Assembly (NCBI GenBank): GCA_030141605.1
Contig: JAQGDQ010001147.1
Location: 1 to 59,451 of the forward strand
Source of the DNA: Tubiluchus corallicola
Taxonomy: Eukaryota; Animalia; Priapulida
Reading direction: 5' to 3'
DNA length: 59,451 nucleotides
The notes under the pieces were generated by a model. The model was not told the DNA's origin. It saw only the letters and a list, made by a program, of their open reading frames with translations, and made no database searches. This document shows positions 39,549 to 53,416 of this stretch, piece after piece; position 1 is the stretch's first letter; each line of letters starts with the position of its first letter. A program made the position numbers and the translations under genes.

Positions 39549-41549
39549 AGCTTTATAAGTGTAATAAAGTTGGATATTTAGTGACTATTACTATTACTTC
39601 ATCTGATTGAAACAAGTTTTCGAACAGTTTCCGGGAGGTTTCGCGTAGAATTTTGCTTCGTCAAGCAAGGTGTATGAGCATCCTACATGGGGCAAATATA
39701 TTGTCATTATTTTCATTTTTATTAATTAGTTAGCTTTTATTATTTATTATTATTAACATTAGTTACATTTGAACAGTTAGAAACAGTTGTGATTTGTTTC
39801 ATAATTTATTTAACAATGCTGCATTTAAGACTATAAATAATTAATTACCCATGGACCATTCCAAGCTCTTGACTAGGTACAAAAAGACAAGGGACTGTGT
39901 GGTCTAAGACACCAGACTTACTAACTCAAAAGTCTATGTTTCAAACATAGTATCACTGTATCATAGTATCGTTTGGCATTTTGTTCAATATTATATGGGT
40001 TAAAAAACTGTGCATTTAATCCATATAAACTACAAAGAACTGTTAGCACAACTTCATATTAAACCCAAACGTAATTGAATAAGTACTAGTCCCGCCACCA
40101 GCCTACATTTAAGTGGTTGATTCTCAAAAGAAACCCAAGTATGTCCCGAGAAAAAGAAGACACTATGATTTTTCATATTCTGCCTCATTTCAGGTGTATA
40201 CATTTTAACACCACCATTCAGGTGTATACATTTTAACACAACCAAATCCTGTAAAGGCGTTTGTCGTAATTAAATTGTAGATTAAAAATTTAATTAACGA
40301 CGGGCGAGCCCAACTATTGGTGACATCACAAACAAACATAATTTTCAAGAACAAAAATGTTCCACGAGCGTGTTGCACGTGTTTGAGAAAACGAAAATTG
40401 AAGTACTGTGCTACTGTAAGGTATTCAGTGTCTTGTACTAAAACTAGGCAAGTTTTAAGACAAAAATTCATATTTCAAATTTACCGCTGTCGCTATGCAT
40501 GAGCTGTCGAACGTGCGTAGCTCGTCACAAACTAACACGTCTGAACTGAGTGGTGCAGCACCTTTTTTATGCAATGCGCCCCCGAAACGCAGGCGCTAGT
40601 GCCCATCCAACCAGAGAATGGCGAAATGCATGTAACAGTGAAGAACTAGTGGTGCGAACGTGAAATTGTGTTTGTGTGGTAATAATTCTTTCGTGTAACT
40701 TATTTTTGAGAAAAAATAATATGTTACCTTTCAGTATTTTAAAAAAATTGGTTCTTTTGACCTGCAGTTTAACACCGCGCCAAGCCCTGCCCCACGCGAC
40801 AATTTTGCAATCAAATCCATTTCGAAATTTTGGGCAGCAAATCAAGATTGCCATTTTTGGCGACAATAAATCGTCGATAGTGGAGAAAGATACACGCGGT
40901 ACATTTACAACTATCTAAAAAGAGCTAATATTAAATAAATGGAAAATTATTTACGTTTGTATGGCCACTTTTTATTTTTCTGTCACAGAGAACTTGGCTG
41001 AAAGTTCTAAACTCATTTTCATTGCCACATTCAGTCCATCTGTAAGTGCAGCTGTTTCTGCAGCCTCTTCAACTGCCGCAATGAAGAAAAGCATCTCTTT
41101 CGATACATTCTCGCCACCAGTGTCGCTGTCGGCGCTTTCACCAAACTTTTTTATAGTCCGGAAGTTTGTGCAAGAGAACGAGAGAGAGCAGGAAGCCAGA
41201 CTGACGGGTTTGCTCTTTTGCGCTCCGAAACACCTAATTTGCATACGTGTTTGCATAGCTTGAAGTTCTTAGGGGGGTTTATTTTCTAATCGTGTGTCTC
41301 TTAAGAAACGAGTGTTTTCTAAACAAGTAAACTGACTTGTGTTGATGCAGAAGAGGGAAAACTGAAGCCAAGTAATTCTACGTGGTAAACACCTTGCTGG
41401 CGAAGCCAAGTTATCTGGCTGGGAAGTACCGTTCAAGAAAGGTCAGGCTGGTTGGGTGAGTGATTTTTACGCTTTTCTGTGTGTTTATAAGCCTGAAAAT
41501 TTCATTTAATGCCTGATTGTATCAGCTCAATTGCATAAGAAAGCAGTGC

Positions 41550-43035
41550 ATTGCAATTGAGGTTCTAATTTCATCACAATATTTTGAATTTAAATTCGTT
41601 ACATTGGTGAAATTCAAAGTCACTACAATTCTGAAATTCAAACTCATTGCAAAGTCAAATTCAAATTTGTTACAATACTGGAATTCAACTCACTACAATT
41701 CTGAAATTCAAACTCACTACACTGCTGGAATTTACATTTATTACAATGTGGAATTCAAATTTGTTACAATGTGAAATTCAATTTTATTACAATGCAGAAA
41801 TTCAAATCATTACAATGCTGGAATTCGCATTTACAACAATGCTGGAATTCACATTCAAAACACTGCTGGAATTCAAATTCATTACAATGCTGGAATTCAA
41901 GTTCGTTACAATGCTGGAATTCAAATTCATTACAATGCTGGAATTCAAATTTTTGTCTAAAGAGACTAAACAAATTTTGTATGAAGACATTGAAAAACCT
42001 CAATAAATTTCTTATTACAGATTGATACGGTGTAATAAAATAGGAAAATAAATGATATAAACAACTTTAAACTTACTTAAGCACATATACAATTTTTCCA
42101 GCATTTTTCTATTAACAGAGAATTTTTTCGAACTTTCTGTTAGCAACATTTTCTTTTCAAAACTCTGAATGTAAATTAAACGAAGACGACTATAGAATTT
42201 GTGCTTCTACAATCATAAGAAAAGTTTACAAAACAAATTTAACGTTTAAAAAGGAAGATAGGGTCTACATCTTCCAACAGCAACTCAATAACCGAATTGC
42301 GATTCTAAAAAATTCTTTGTAAAGGGAAAAATGATGGGAAAATTGTATAAATGCTTAACTAAGCTTAAAGTTGTTTATATCATTTATTTTCCTATTTTAT
42401 TACACCGTATCATTCTATACTAAGAAATTTATTGAGGTTTTTAAAATGTCTTTATACAAAATTTGTTTTATCTCTTTAGACAAAATTTGAGCATTGTAAT
42501 GAAATTAGAATTACAGCATTGTAATGAAGCTAGAACTACAACATTGCATTAAACTTGAATTCCAGCATTGTAATGAATTTGAATTTCAGCATTGTACTGA
42601 AATTAGAATTTCAGCATTGCATTAAACTTGAATTCCAGCATTGTAATGAATTTGAATTCCAGCATTGTAATGAATTTGAATTTCAGCATTGTAATGAAAT
42701 TAGAACTACAACATTGCATTAAACTTGAATTCCAGCATTGTAATGAATTTGAATTCCAGCATTGTAATGAAATTAGAATTTCAGCATTGCATTAAACTTG
42801 AATTCCAGCATTGTAATGAATTTGAATTCCAGCATTGTAATGAATTTGAATTTCAGCATTGTAATGAAATTAGAACTACAACATTGCATTAAACTTGAAT
42901 TCCAGCATTGTGATGAATTTGAATTCCAGCATTGTAATGAATTTGAATTTCAGCATTGTAATGAAATTAGAACTAAAACATTGCATTAAACTTGAATTCC
43001 AGCATTGTAATGAATTCGTATTCCATCATTGTAGG
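41550..43035. mobile_element. Foldback-like inverted-repeat structure with outer 24-bp tandem arrays
   Basis: 41950-42135 is the reverse complement of ~42300-42490; the outer arms are arrays of (TTACAATGCTGGAATTCAAATTCA)n in opposite orientation. Confidence 0.75.
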
Positions 43036-43784
43036 TATAATGGCATTTTTATAAGTATGACGAATGCAGGTTATCAAATAAACAATTGATTACAATGGCC
43101 AATAATAAGTAACTAAAGTATGTTTAGAACTTTATGATATCAGATGACCCGAAGTAGGGTAAAGTGGGGTAAGAAGTTATCTGGGTAACATCACCAGCTG
43201 GCAACACCTCGAATATGTGAAAGAAGCAACTGAAATGACAGTGAATTTCAGATACTGAAATACGAGAAAGCAATTTTGCCAGTTTTCTAGTCCAGTTTTA
43301 CAGAAAACTGCGAATTTAAGTAATTTCTTAAACTCAAAAATTGTTTTTCGAATTAATTTTTTTTTTGCAAAAAAATTGCACTTATTTGAAAAGTACCCAT
43401 AGCGTTCAGCTCCCAGAAGTATTTAATCTTCCTGGTTTCCTAGTCTATAAATGTACAGGACATTATAAAGCCAATTATTTTAGGGCAACCCTCAATAAAT
43501 AGCTAGATTATAGCCTCTATATAATTATATAAATCTGTTGAGTTGTTGAGCCTTTTGCAAGGAACTAAATGTAATACGATGATTATATTACAACTCAACT
43601 TGACATAGTTATAAACTTATAAAGCTTTTAGAAGAGTTAACGTAACACCTTGTTGGTAATATATTGTCTGATGAAGCCACCATGAATGTGGTGTACGGAC
43701 ATGTGAAAGATCATGTGATCAGCTGATAAGAAAAGTGAATGAAGCCATAAAAGTTTGCTCTGCACAGTCGAGTTTCTGTGAGTT

Positions 43785-43889
43785 TCATTCATTCATTTGT
43801 TCGCTCGTTCGTTCGTTCATTCTTTCGTTCGTTCGCTCGCTCGTTCGTTCGTTCGTTCATTCATTCATTCATTCATTCATTCTTTCTTT

Positions 43890-43985
<96 letters not shown>

Positions 43986-44180
43986 TCGTTCGTTCGCTCG
44001 TTTGTTCCCGATACATTCATTCATTCATTCATTCATTCATTCATTCATTCATTCATTCATTCACTTATTCATTCTTTCATTCAATCTTTCACTCTTTTAT
44101 TCGTTCATTCATTAATTCTATCTATCTTTCTTTCTTTCTTTCTATGTTTCTTTCTTTTTTTGACACATTCATTCGTTCAT
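43785..44180. repeat. (TTCA)n/(TTCG)n/(CTTT)n compound microsatellite
   Basis: Direct inspection. Confidence 0.93.
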
Positions 44181-45091
44181 TTTTTCATTTGTCTGTCTGT
44201 TTGTTCGCCTGTCAGTTTTCATTTGTTTGACCACTTAGTTGCCCATTTGTTTGTTGCTCATTTCTTCGTTTGTGTATTCGTTCTGTTAGCCATTTTTCAT
44301 TCGTTTATTCGCTCACTAATTATTCACTATTTTGATATTCTTTTGACATATACGAGTGCATGGCTTCCTTTTTGCAGCGCGACCTCAGTAGGCGCGCTGG
44401 CATCAACAGACACGCCAATTCTGAACTTGCGCGAGGTCGTCGTTGATGAATTGCATGAGTCGTTTTTCCCGTCCTGTACCACTGAAAACACGTGTGTACC
44501 GACCTAGTTAATCAACACAAATGTATGTCTGGAGTACATGCTTGAAAAGAACTCATCCTGGTCAAGAATGCGCCAAGTCTAGTTTTGAACGCTATCTGGT
44601 AATGAGGTGCAGTGATAACACGTGTGCGGGCGGTGTGAGCACACCCTTATCCCTTGCCAACAAGCGCCAATTGCTATTTTAACGGGCAATCAGTTCTAAA
44701 ACTGTTTGTTGCATCTGCGCGTTTATTTACAGGAATTTCGATGAGCCGATTTTGACCACTTTGTCTGTCACGCGCTCGGCTGCTTGTGTGGCCGCGCAAA
44801 TGCGCATGCGCGAGCGAGAGAGCGCAAAGCTAGCCCGGTATTCGCGCTGCCGATTAGCCCAGTTATAAAAATAAAGTTGTTATCGGTAACATTCATTACG
44901 AGTGCTTAGGCAAACACAAATCTAAAAGTAAAAATATTATTGAACGCAGTAACTAGCAGGCATAGCAACAGCTTGAATGTTGGCAAGTGTTGAGAAACAG
45001 AAAACGATCCTATGTGTTTTTTGCAACATAAGGTTCCTTTCAAATTTCAATTTTCGATTGAATAGGGTACCCCTAGTGTGCTGTTGCCAGA

Positions 45092-45124
<33 letters not shown>

Positions 45125-45310
45125 CATTATATATTATATATTATATATTATATATTATATATTATATATTATATATTATATATTATATATTATATATTAT
45201 ATACTATATATTATATATTATATATTATATATTATATATTATATATTATATATTATATATTATGTATTATGTATTATATATTATATATTATATATTATAT
45301 ATTATATATT
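45092..45310. repeat. (TA)n/(ATTATAT)n repeat
   Basis: Direct inspection. Confidence 0.95.
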
Positions 45311-47474
45311 AATTATTTATTTGTCATTAAAATGGTTCACTCGTTATAATAATTGAGTAAGCCTCAGCGTAATGTTAAAATAACAACACTGTTCAAGACA
45401 AATGCGTCCAGTGCATACTAAAAAAACTAAAGTGCAAAACTAAGGTCTAATTATATACAGTAAATGGACATATTTACAAACACCATATTAAAATATTTTT
45501 ACAAAACAATATTACAAAAGTACATTAAATTTTATATGACATATTTTACACTATATATACATTTGACATGACACAACAGAAACATGCTTTACATTACATA
45601 AATTTCACTCATTACATTTACACTATTTATACATTTGACATTACAAAACTAACATAACACGTATTACATTACATAATTTTTTTAAAAAAATCATATTTAA
45701 TCGTTTTATGGAGTCAGGGGCGGGGGTAGATGAAAGTTGGGTCTGTGTAATTAGTATCAGATGCACAATGTGGAAGTTGAAACCTGTTATATTGATATTC
45801 TTTTAATATATACATAATCTTCCTGGTTTCCTAGTCTATAAATGTGTAAAACGGTCAGTACAAATTTATACTAAAGAACGTTATACCTAATTTTTTTAAA
45901 AATATGTTGTAAGCTTTGGAAATCTGTTTTGTAAATTCTTCTAATGCTTGTAACTTTATTTATAAGATTTAAAGGCAGGCGGGACGATTTTTCATATACT
46001 ACCTCGTTTTCGAGTCAGATAAAAGTATAAATGTTAACACCAATGATACTGCAAAAGCATTTCCGATATTTAAACAATAGATCAAAATCGTAATTAATGA
46101 CAGGCGAGCGCAACAATTGATGACATCACAATCTATCATATTCCACAGCAAAAATATTTTCTAATATTTTCCAACAGCAAAAATATTCCACGAGCGTGTT
46201 GCACGTGTTTGCAAAAGTGAAAATTGAAGTATTGTGCTGAAGTACTGTAAGATATTCAGTGTGTTGTACTAAAACTAGGCAAGTTTTGAGATAAAAGTTC
46301 AAATTTCAAATTTACCGCTGCACTTACGCATAAGCTGTCGAATGTGTGTAGCTCGTCACAAACTAACACATCTGAACTGAGAGGTACAGCACCTGTGTTT
46401 CCGAAATGCAGGCGCTACTGCCCGTCTATCTAGCGAATAGTGAAATACATGCAACAGTGAGGAACTAGTGATGCGAACATGAAACTGTGTTTTTGTGTCT
46501 TTCACGTAAGTCATTCCTGAAAAAATAGTATGATTCCTTTCAATATTTTAAAGAGTAGATTATTTTGACCTACAGTTTAAGATTTATCCGGTTTTGCTTT
46601 AATAAACCAAATTTCTAGAAACTTGTATGTATAACTGCTGAATTTACTGAATCCATTCATACAAACTAAACGATTTTTCTCATCAGTTATGCTTGAATGA
46701 GCTCAGTAAATATAGCAGCATGATTTAAGATTTTTAAAAAATCAGAAACTTAACTCTGCACTTTTTCCTGTAACAAACGGAAGAAGCAGGCAGACTAAAT
46801 AGCAAGGCTCAAGCATTTCCGCATATACAGTTATTTTAGGAGAGCCATTCTGGAACCAATAAGGGAAGGAGAGTCGAGGTCGCCCCAGAGAAGCTAAAGT
46901 GCAAAGCAATAATGACTTTGCTCTCCGTGAAGCCCAGTTTCAGTGAACGACAAGCCGAAACAGATTAGGAAGCCACATGAGATTGATGGATGCTCGCTGT
47001 TTGTGCTTTGAAAACAGTGTAGGTCATCTAAAAACTTTTTATTCTCATAACATTTATCTAAAAACATTTTTCATCTTAAAAAACATTTCATAAGTAAGTG
47101 TTTAAATTGGCTTTCTTACACACAAATTAGGTCCAGCTTATACATTTTTTTGATTTTGTAAAAATTACACAAAGTATGCCATGCTCACTCCAAAATCTAT
47201 TACCTGTCATTGTCAAAAAGGTAACAAAATTACCTGACTTGATTTTAACTATCCATACGTATTAATTAACGTTGCCCTAATATGTTGGCTAATGTTGCCC
47301 TGGTAAAAGTTATTACCTGGTCATAACATCAATCAGTTCTTCATAGATGCTGATAAAGGATAGGATGCATTAATAAATGAAATGTGTTTGGGGGTTGGAT
47401 GAATTAAGTAAGCAATGAACGAACAAATGATTTTGTAAGCAATTGAACAATCTATTTCATTAATCAATTGATAG

Positions 47475-47800
47475 ATGAATGACTGAATGAATGAATGAAT
47501 GAATGAATGAATGAATGAGTAAACGAATAAATGAATGAATGAATGAATGAATAAACACACGAATGAATGAATGAACGAACAAACGAACGAATGAATGAAC
47601 AAATGGACGAATGAATGAAAGAATGAATGAATGAATGGATGAATCAATGAATGCATGAATGAATGCTTGAATGAATGCATGAATGAATGAATGAATGAAT
47701 GAATGAATGAATGAATGAATGAATGAATGAATGAATGAATGAATGAATGAATGAACGAATGAGCGAATGAATGAATGAAAGAATGATCGAATGAACGAAC
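47475..47800. repeat. (GAAT)n microsatellite
   Basis: Direct inspection. Confidence 0.95.
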
Positions 47801-48859
47801 ATGATTTAAAATTTCATGCTTTCAGGTATTATGTAACGATACCTGGATGAAATTGAAGTGTAGATGATTGATTTTAGTTCAAAAACTAATAAACTGATCA
47901 TTAGCCAACACATTCTAGTAAGATTTTGCAATGGGAGTACGCAAAACGCCACAGGAAAAAACACAGTAAGAAATCCGTTTAATTAAATTGCAGGACAGTG
48001 CCATCTTTCGGTCAATCTTACAATGTTTATCCTTTAAAGAATACAATCGAGTTTACTTAGTGGTTTCTCAGCTTGGGAGTTCTTGATTTGCAAACAGCTG
48101 GTCAGTTTTTAATTTGTTGTGTCTGGTACGTAACGATGTAGGTTAGTGGGAAGAACCACCACATAGTAAACTCCTGTAGATCTACAAGAACAACCGCCAT
48201 ATTGATTTGATCTAACTGCAGACCTGGCACAACCAACACCCACGAGAGTCCAGAGACCAGCACAAGTCCTAACCTGTCCCCTTTCAACACGTGTTGGGGT
48301 AATTACGGTGGCGATTATGTCTTCCGTTTCCGCCCGCCTTTCACTCTTTGCCAGGCAAGTTGCTTTGCTGTTACTCGGTTCTGGAATGCCACAAACCAGC
48401 TTCCGTAACTTGTCATGTTTTGGCTATAGGGAGGAAAGGGTATAAGCTATCCGTCAACAGTTTCTCAACAAATCTACGAGATACAGTGATGTTTTGCAGC
48501 CTCGCGTATTCACAGTAGTTTAGAATTGTAAATTTTTGGTTATTTAAATTATTACGTTCTACAGTATTGAGTTTCCCATCATTTAATTGCCAATTACACA
48601 CGTCAACAGAATTCAAATTTAAATTGAGAACGGTGCCAAAATTAATTTTACTTAATCCTAGCTATTTAAGGTTGGCTGACTAGATAACCTACGGGATCTT
48701 CGCTGCCCTTCTCCTTTGTTACATAATATTGCATGTATTCCTAATACTGTATTTTGATAATTCTTACGGAGTTAATAAATAAATTGAATTGAATTGAGGT
48801 AAAGTCTTAAAAGCAAATTGTTAAATTCTGGTAGGTCAGTCTAAGTAGGTAAGAACAAT

Positions 48860-49284
48860 TTTTGTCGTTGGCACAATGTACTCCCTCATCCAAAAACAAA
48901 TATAATGAAACAGTCATCAAAATATAATGATATTAAAATAGGGTCATCAATTCCGCGTGAAATGAAAACTCTTAATCTTTATCAATTTAAAAAAGCATCA
49001 GAGAATTACTTACTACAACGGTATAATTAACTCACAATTTTACTCATCCTGATCTTAAATTACTAGCAAAACTTATTTTGTTCTAATGTACGTTATAACT
49101 GACGAAAACACTATGTAATGTTAATTGTCAATTGTTCCACTTATCTGGAGGAGGACTCGAAAGCTCAATGCTCCTTCCTCCTCCTCACAGTTACTCGTTT
49201 AGTTTGTAATTTTTCTTCATTGTAATAACAATTTGTATGTATGTTTGTGTTGCTGTGGAATAAATTCATAATTCATAATTCATT
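48860..49284 (+). mobile_element. Degraded CR1/L2-group LINE 3' end
   Basis: Remnant SIPREMKTLNLYQFKK..NYLLQRY*; 3' hairpin GGAGGAGG...CCTCCTCC; AATAAA plus (ATTCATA)n tail. Another AATAAA(ATTGA)n tail lies at 48773-48797. Confidence 0.6.
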
Positions 49285-50167
49285 AAAATGTAGAAAACAA
49301 ATAACTCCTAGGTACACTGCTTATCACGTAGAAGGGGTATAGACTAGGTGATATCTATTACCCTACTGACATAGCTAAAATATTATTAGTTTTAAGCATC
49401 CAATTGATGACAGAATTAAGAGTTTACTATAGGCATATACTTTACATTACAATAATGTACATACAAGAAATACAAGAGTACAAAACAGAGCTATTACATT
49501 ATAGCTATAGAGCCAAAAACACACAACAAAGAACAAATTTACATAATTTTGAAAAGACATGAATTTTATTTTACTAATGATCGAGTACAGTATACTTAAG
49601 TTGTGATTCTTGATCTTTTTGGATCCAATTCGAAAAAAAACAATAGAGGTCACGTTTCACCACATTGTAAATAGAAATCATGGCAACGTTTTCTTCATAC
49701 AAACAATTTATTTCACTTTCACAACTTTACAGGAGTTGTAAAACCAGAGAGTAGAACTATCAACCAAAATGAAATGTGACAACCAGATATTTTTCTAGAA
49801 TTTCCATCCATGTGCGATATTGATAAGTTTATATTTTTAAACAAAAGTGGAGATGTGGAAGTTAAGAAGTTGTCGATTATGTTCATAAAATTTCAGTAAT
49901 GCGTAATTTTAATTATGAAGTACGAACTAATTTTGCTCACAACTAATGTATTCAATCAGCACGATAATATATATGTTGATGTGTTTGTTGTAAATTTAGG
50001 TATTTTTTAATCAACTTCGTTTAAAAAGCACTCTGTGTTTGTCCTGACGTGTTCCTGTATGCGTTGTTTATTTAAGTGTGTGATTTGTTAATTGTTTTTG
50101 CGTTCATGTTTGTAAAATAAAACGTTTATTATTTATTATATGGATTCTTACTCCGTCAACGACAGGT

Positions 50168-50924
50168 AACAAAGAGAGGTACCAAAATAAGTCCTTGCAG
50201 CACACCAGAACGTATGTCAATTTAGCAAAACCTAAAATAAAAAGTTTATTATTTATTACATGGATACTTACTTTCGCTCTTTCCAATCTAGTGCCATTTT
50301 TCTGGTGCACAATATTTGCGTAAACTCACTTTCACGTTTGTTGTTTACGAACCGAACCGATCCCAGAATCCACCACTCCAAAGAAAAACCATGCCTAACT
50401 TTTCACCAAACTTTGGCAATTAAGCAGAGAATGAACTACGATGATGGATAAAACCGACAAGATAAAATCGAACACAAGAACAGCCCTCTTCTTACTGTAA
50501 CTCCGTAACTGTACAGCAAAGACAGGTACCAAAATACATCCTTGCAGCACCCCAGAACGTATGTCAATTTAGCAAAACCTAAAATAAAAAGTTTATTATT
50601 TATTACATGGATACTTACTTTCGCTCTTTCCAATCTAGTGCCATTTTTCTGGTGCACAATATTTGCGTAAACTCACTTTCACGTTCGTTGCTTATGAACC
50701 GAACCGATCCCAGAATCCACCACTCCAAAGGAAAACCATGCCTAACTTTTCACTAAACTTTGGCAATTAAGCAGAGAATGAACTACGATGATGGATAAAA
50801 CCGACAAGATAAAATCGAACACAAGAACAGCCCTCTTCTTACTGTAACTCCGTAACTGTAGAGCAAAGACAGGTACCAAAATACATCCTTGCAGCACCCC
50901 AGAACGTATGTTAAATTAGCAAAA
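50168..50924. repeat. 347-bp tandem repeat, ~2.2 copies
   Basis: AGGTACCAAAATA anchors at 50177, 50524 and 50871. Confidence 0.9.
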
Positions 50925-51965
50925 GTTAAAAACTATAACCTTTTCCTAACTACAGAAAAGTCAGTTTGTACCGTAGCCACTGAAACTACGAAAAAATGAA
51001 CTTTGAACAATTGTTGTCGTGAAGTTTGGGCTTCACGATTCACCCGCCGTAAAGAAGCCAATGTGAATTAATTTACGTATAGCTGTAGGTACTGGTTCGA
51101 GGAGTTAACCTAGTTAAAATAGGAAGAGTTGTTGAGTTGAGATGGAACAGAAAACATGTATATTGCGCTTTCGAAAAAGGATTAAATTTAGCGTCATGGC
51201 AGAAGGAAAAGCTCTCGTTTTTGTTCTTGATCATCAGCTTATTTTGGACAGGACAGTGTAAAGCAAGGGACCTCCTTATGAATCCGATGGGGGCCAGTTT
51301 TGAGGTGATACCTCCGCATGAAGCTCTCTCGGATTTGTCTACACTCTCAGTGGCCCAACAACTATATAATCTGAGTCCAAGGTTAAACCATCAAGTGCTC
51401 TCAGCGGAAGTCGTTATGCAGTTTAACTGTCTGTGTCGCACACTGGGCTTCCAAGAAGCCAGCCTGTTTATCAGTGAATGCTTCAGTTATTCATTTGTAT
51501 ATTTCCGACTACAAGAACGCCTTTCTAACCACGGTTTGAGCTGTCTACATACTTAGCTGCTGTTAAAGCGGCCTGGAAAATTCAAACACGAGAAGATTTC
51601 TGTTCTTGCCCAATCTATAAGATTTTTCTACACAAACTGCTTTCAGGGCTAAACTTCTCGACTAACTGAATACATAGCAGCTTAGAACAGATTCCAATCA
51701 TGAGCGTCGAAATATGACGACTAAAAGTTTCTTCTCTTGCCAAATTTTTCACGTATTATTTAGGGAATATGTCATTATCGGAAGTGGTGCTGACAAGCCA
51801 CTGGCGTAACAGTGTCTAGTTTTTTTATTGGATTACTGCTGCGTTTACCTGTCTGAAGGCAGATTTCTTTTATTTTAGAATTCTGCCAGCCCAATGTCTA
51901 CAATAGACATGACGGGCGTATGATGATGATGATGATGATGATTACGGAATATGTCATGTTGTACT

Positions 51966-52302
51966 TCTAACTCTAACCTTAACCTTAACTCTAACCTTAA
52001 CCCTAGCCATAACCCTAATACTAACTCTAACCCTAACCATAACCATAACCCTAATACTAACTCTAACCCTAAACATAACCATAACACTAATGCTAACTCT
52101 AACCTTAACCTTAACTCTAACCTTAACCCTAGCCATAACCCTAATACTAACTCTAACCCTAACCATAACCATAACCATAACCCTAATACTAACTCTAACC
52201 CTAACCATAACCATAACCCTAATGCTAACTCTAACCCTAACCTTAACCCTAACCTTAACCCTAATACTAACTCTAACCCTAGCCTTAACCGTAATCGTAA
52301 CC
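51966..52302. repeat. Degenerate telomere-like hexamer array (TAACCC/TAACCA/TAACTC/TAACCT)
   Basis: 6-bp periodicity with a higher-order block duplication. Confidence 0.85.
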
Positions 52303-53416
52303 CAGCAAAAATTGTGATTTTTTCCCCTAATCAAAATTGTGACTTTCTTCCATGACTTTCTCCTGTGATTTCATTATCAGTCAACTAGATGGGAAACTAA
52401 AAAAAATCTCACAGAAACAACCGCAGTGTTATTATATTTTGTCTTCACAAAGTGCCAAAAAACAGCTCCAATTCGACTCAATAAAATTTTGCAAAAAAAA
52501 GTGACGAAAGACACATCTAATCAAAGAGGAAATATTTTACCCCTTTTTAATGCAAACAAACAGAAAAGTAGCTTCGTCATTAAACAGAATCTATCCGCGT
52601 GGAAAATTCCTAGATAAACAAAACCGGAAAGGGATTGTGCGCAGTTGCCGCTTGCCGCTGCAGCCGCCGCGCGTGGCGACAAAATCTAGCAGATTTGTAA
52701 AATTATTTTCAAAGTTAGTTTAATCCTCGTGTTTATGATGCCGCCTGTGTTGATCTTGGCAGAGATCCAGTCAGTTTGTGCAACAGATTCCTAAATATAT
52801 GAACGATTAATTTTGAAATTATAAAGCCAAGTTGTCTTCGAAAACAAGTGCACACGTGTTAAAATGTACCAACGATTACATCTGATTCGTTGTACGCATT
52901 TTCGTGTACATCATTGTATAGTTACAGTTTCCCCAAACAGGCCATTTGTGACTCAAAGTAAAAAAGTTTCAAACAAAAAAGGATCAGAGTACCAGTCGAA
53001 AACTAGAATTTTTATAGCTAAATTGCTAGTGGTATGATGTTCATTTTGAAGCATGAGACGTTGTGAGTTTTGTAGTTAACAAAGAAAATATTTTTTGACT
53101 AATAATACTATAGATAAGAGGTCCGATTTAAAAAATTCAGTTTGTTAACTTTCATAAAAACTACAAATAAACTAGCGAAAATTAGGATTCAGTTCTTCTT
53201 TGAATAACGTGCTCAATGCAGCAACATGGTTTTGGTGAGCAACATTTGGAGAACAGAACTGACTTCAAATCTGAACCTGACTGACTGACAATACGGTTTT
53301 GCAATCTACCCAGTGCGTTGACGTAACAGGCATAGTAACAAGTATAGCATTAGATGTTTGATATTTTTGAACATGATACGACCACTCCACTTCTTGACGA
53401 CTTCTGAAATTTGTTG

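Noticed and set aside
46840-46970. Candidate plus-strand exon after TTATTTTAG
   Set aside because: All frames close within about 45 codons, with no donor, partner exon or recognisable homology.
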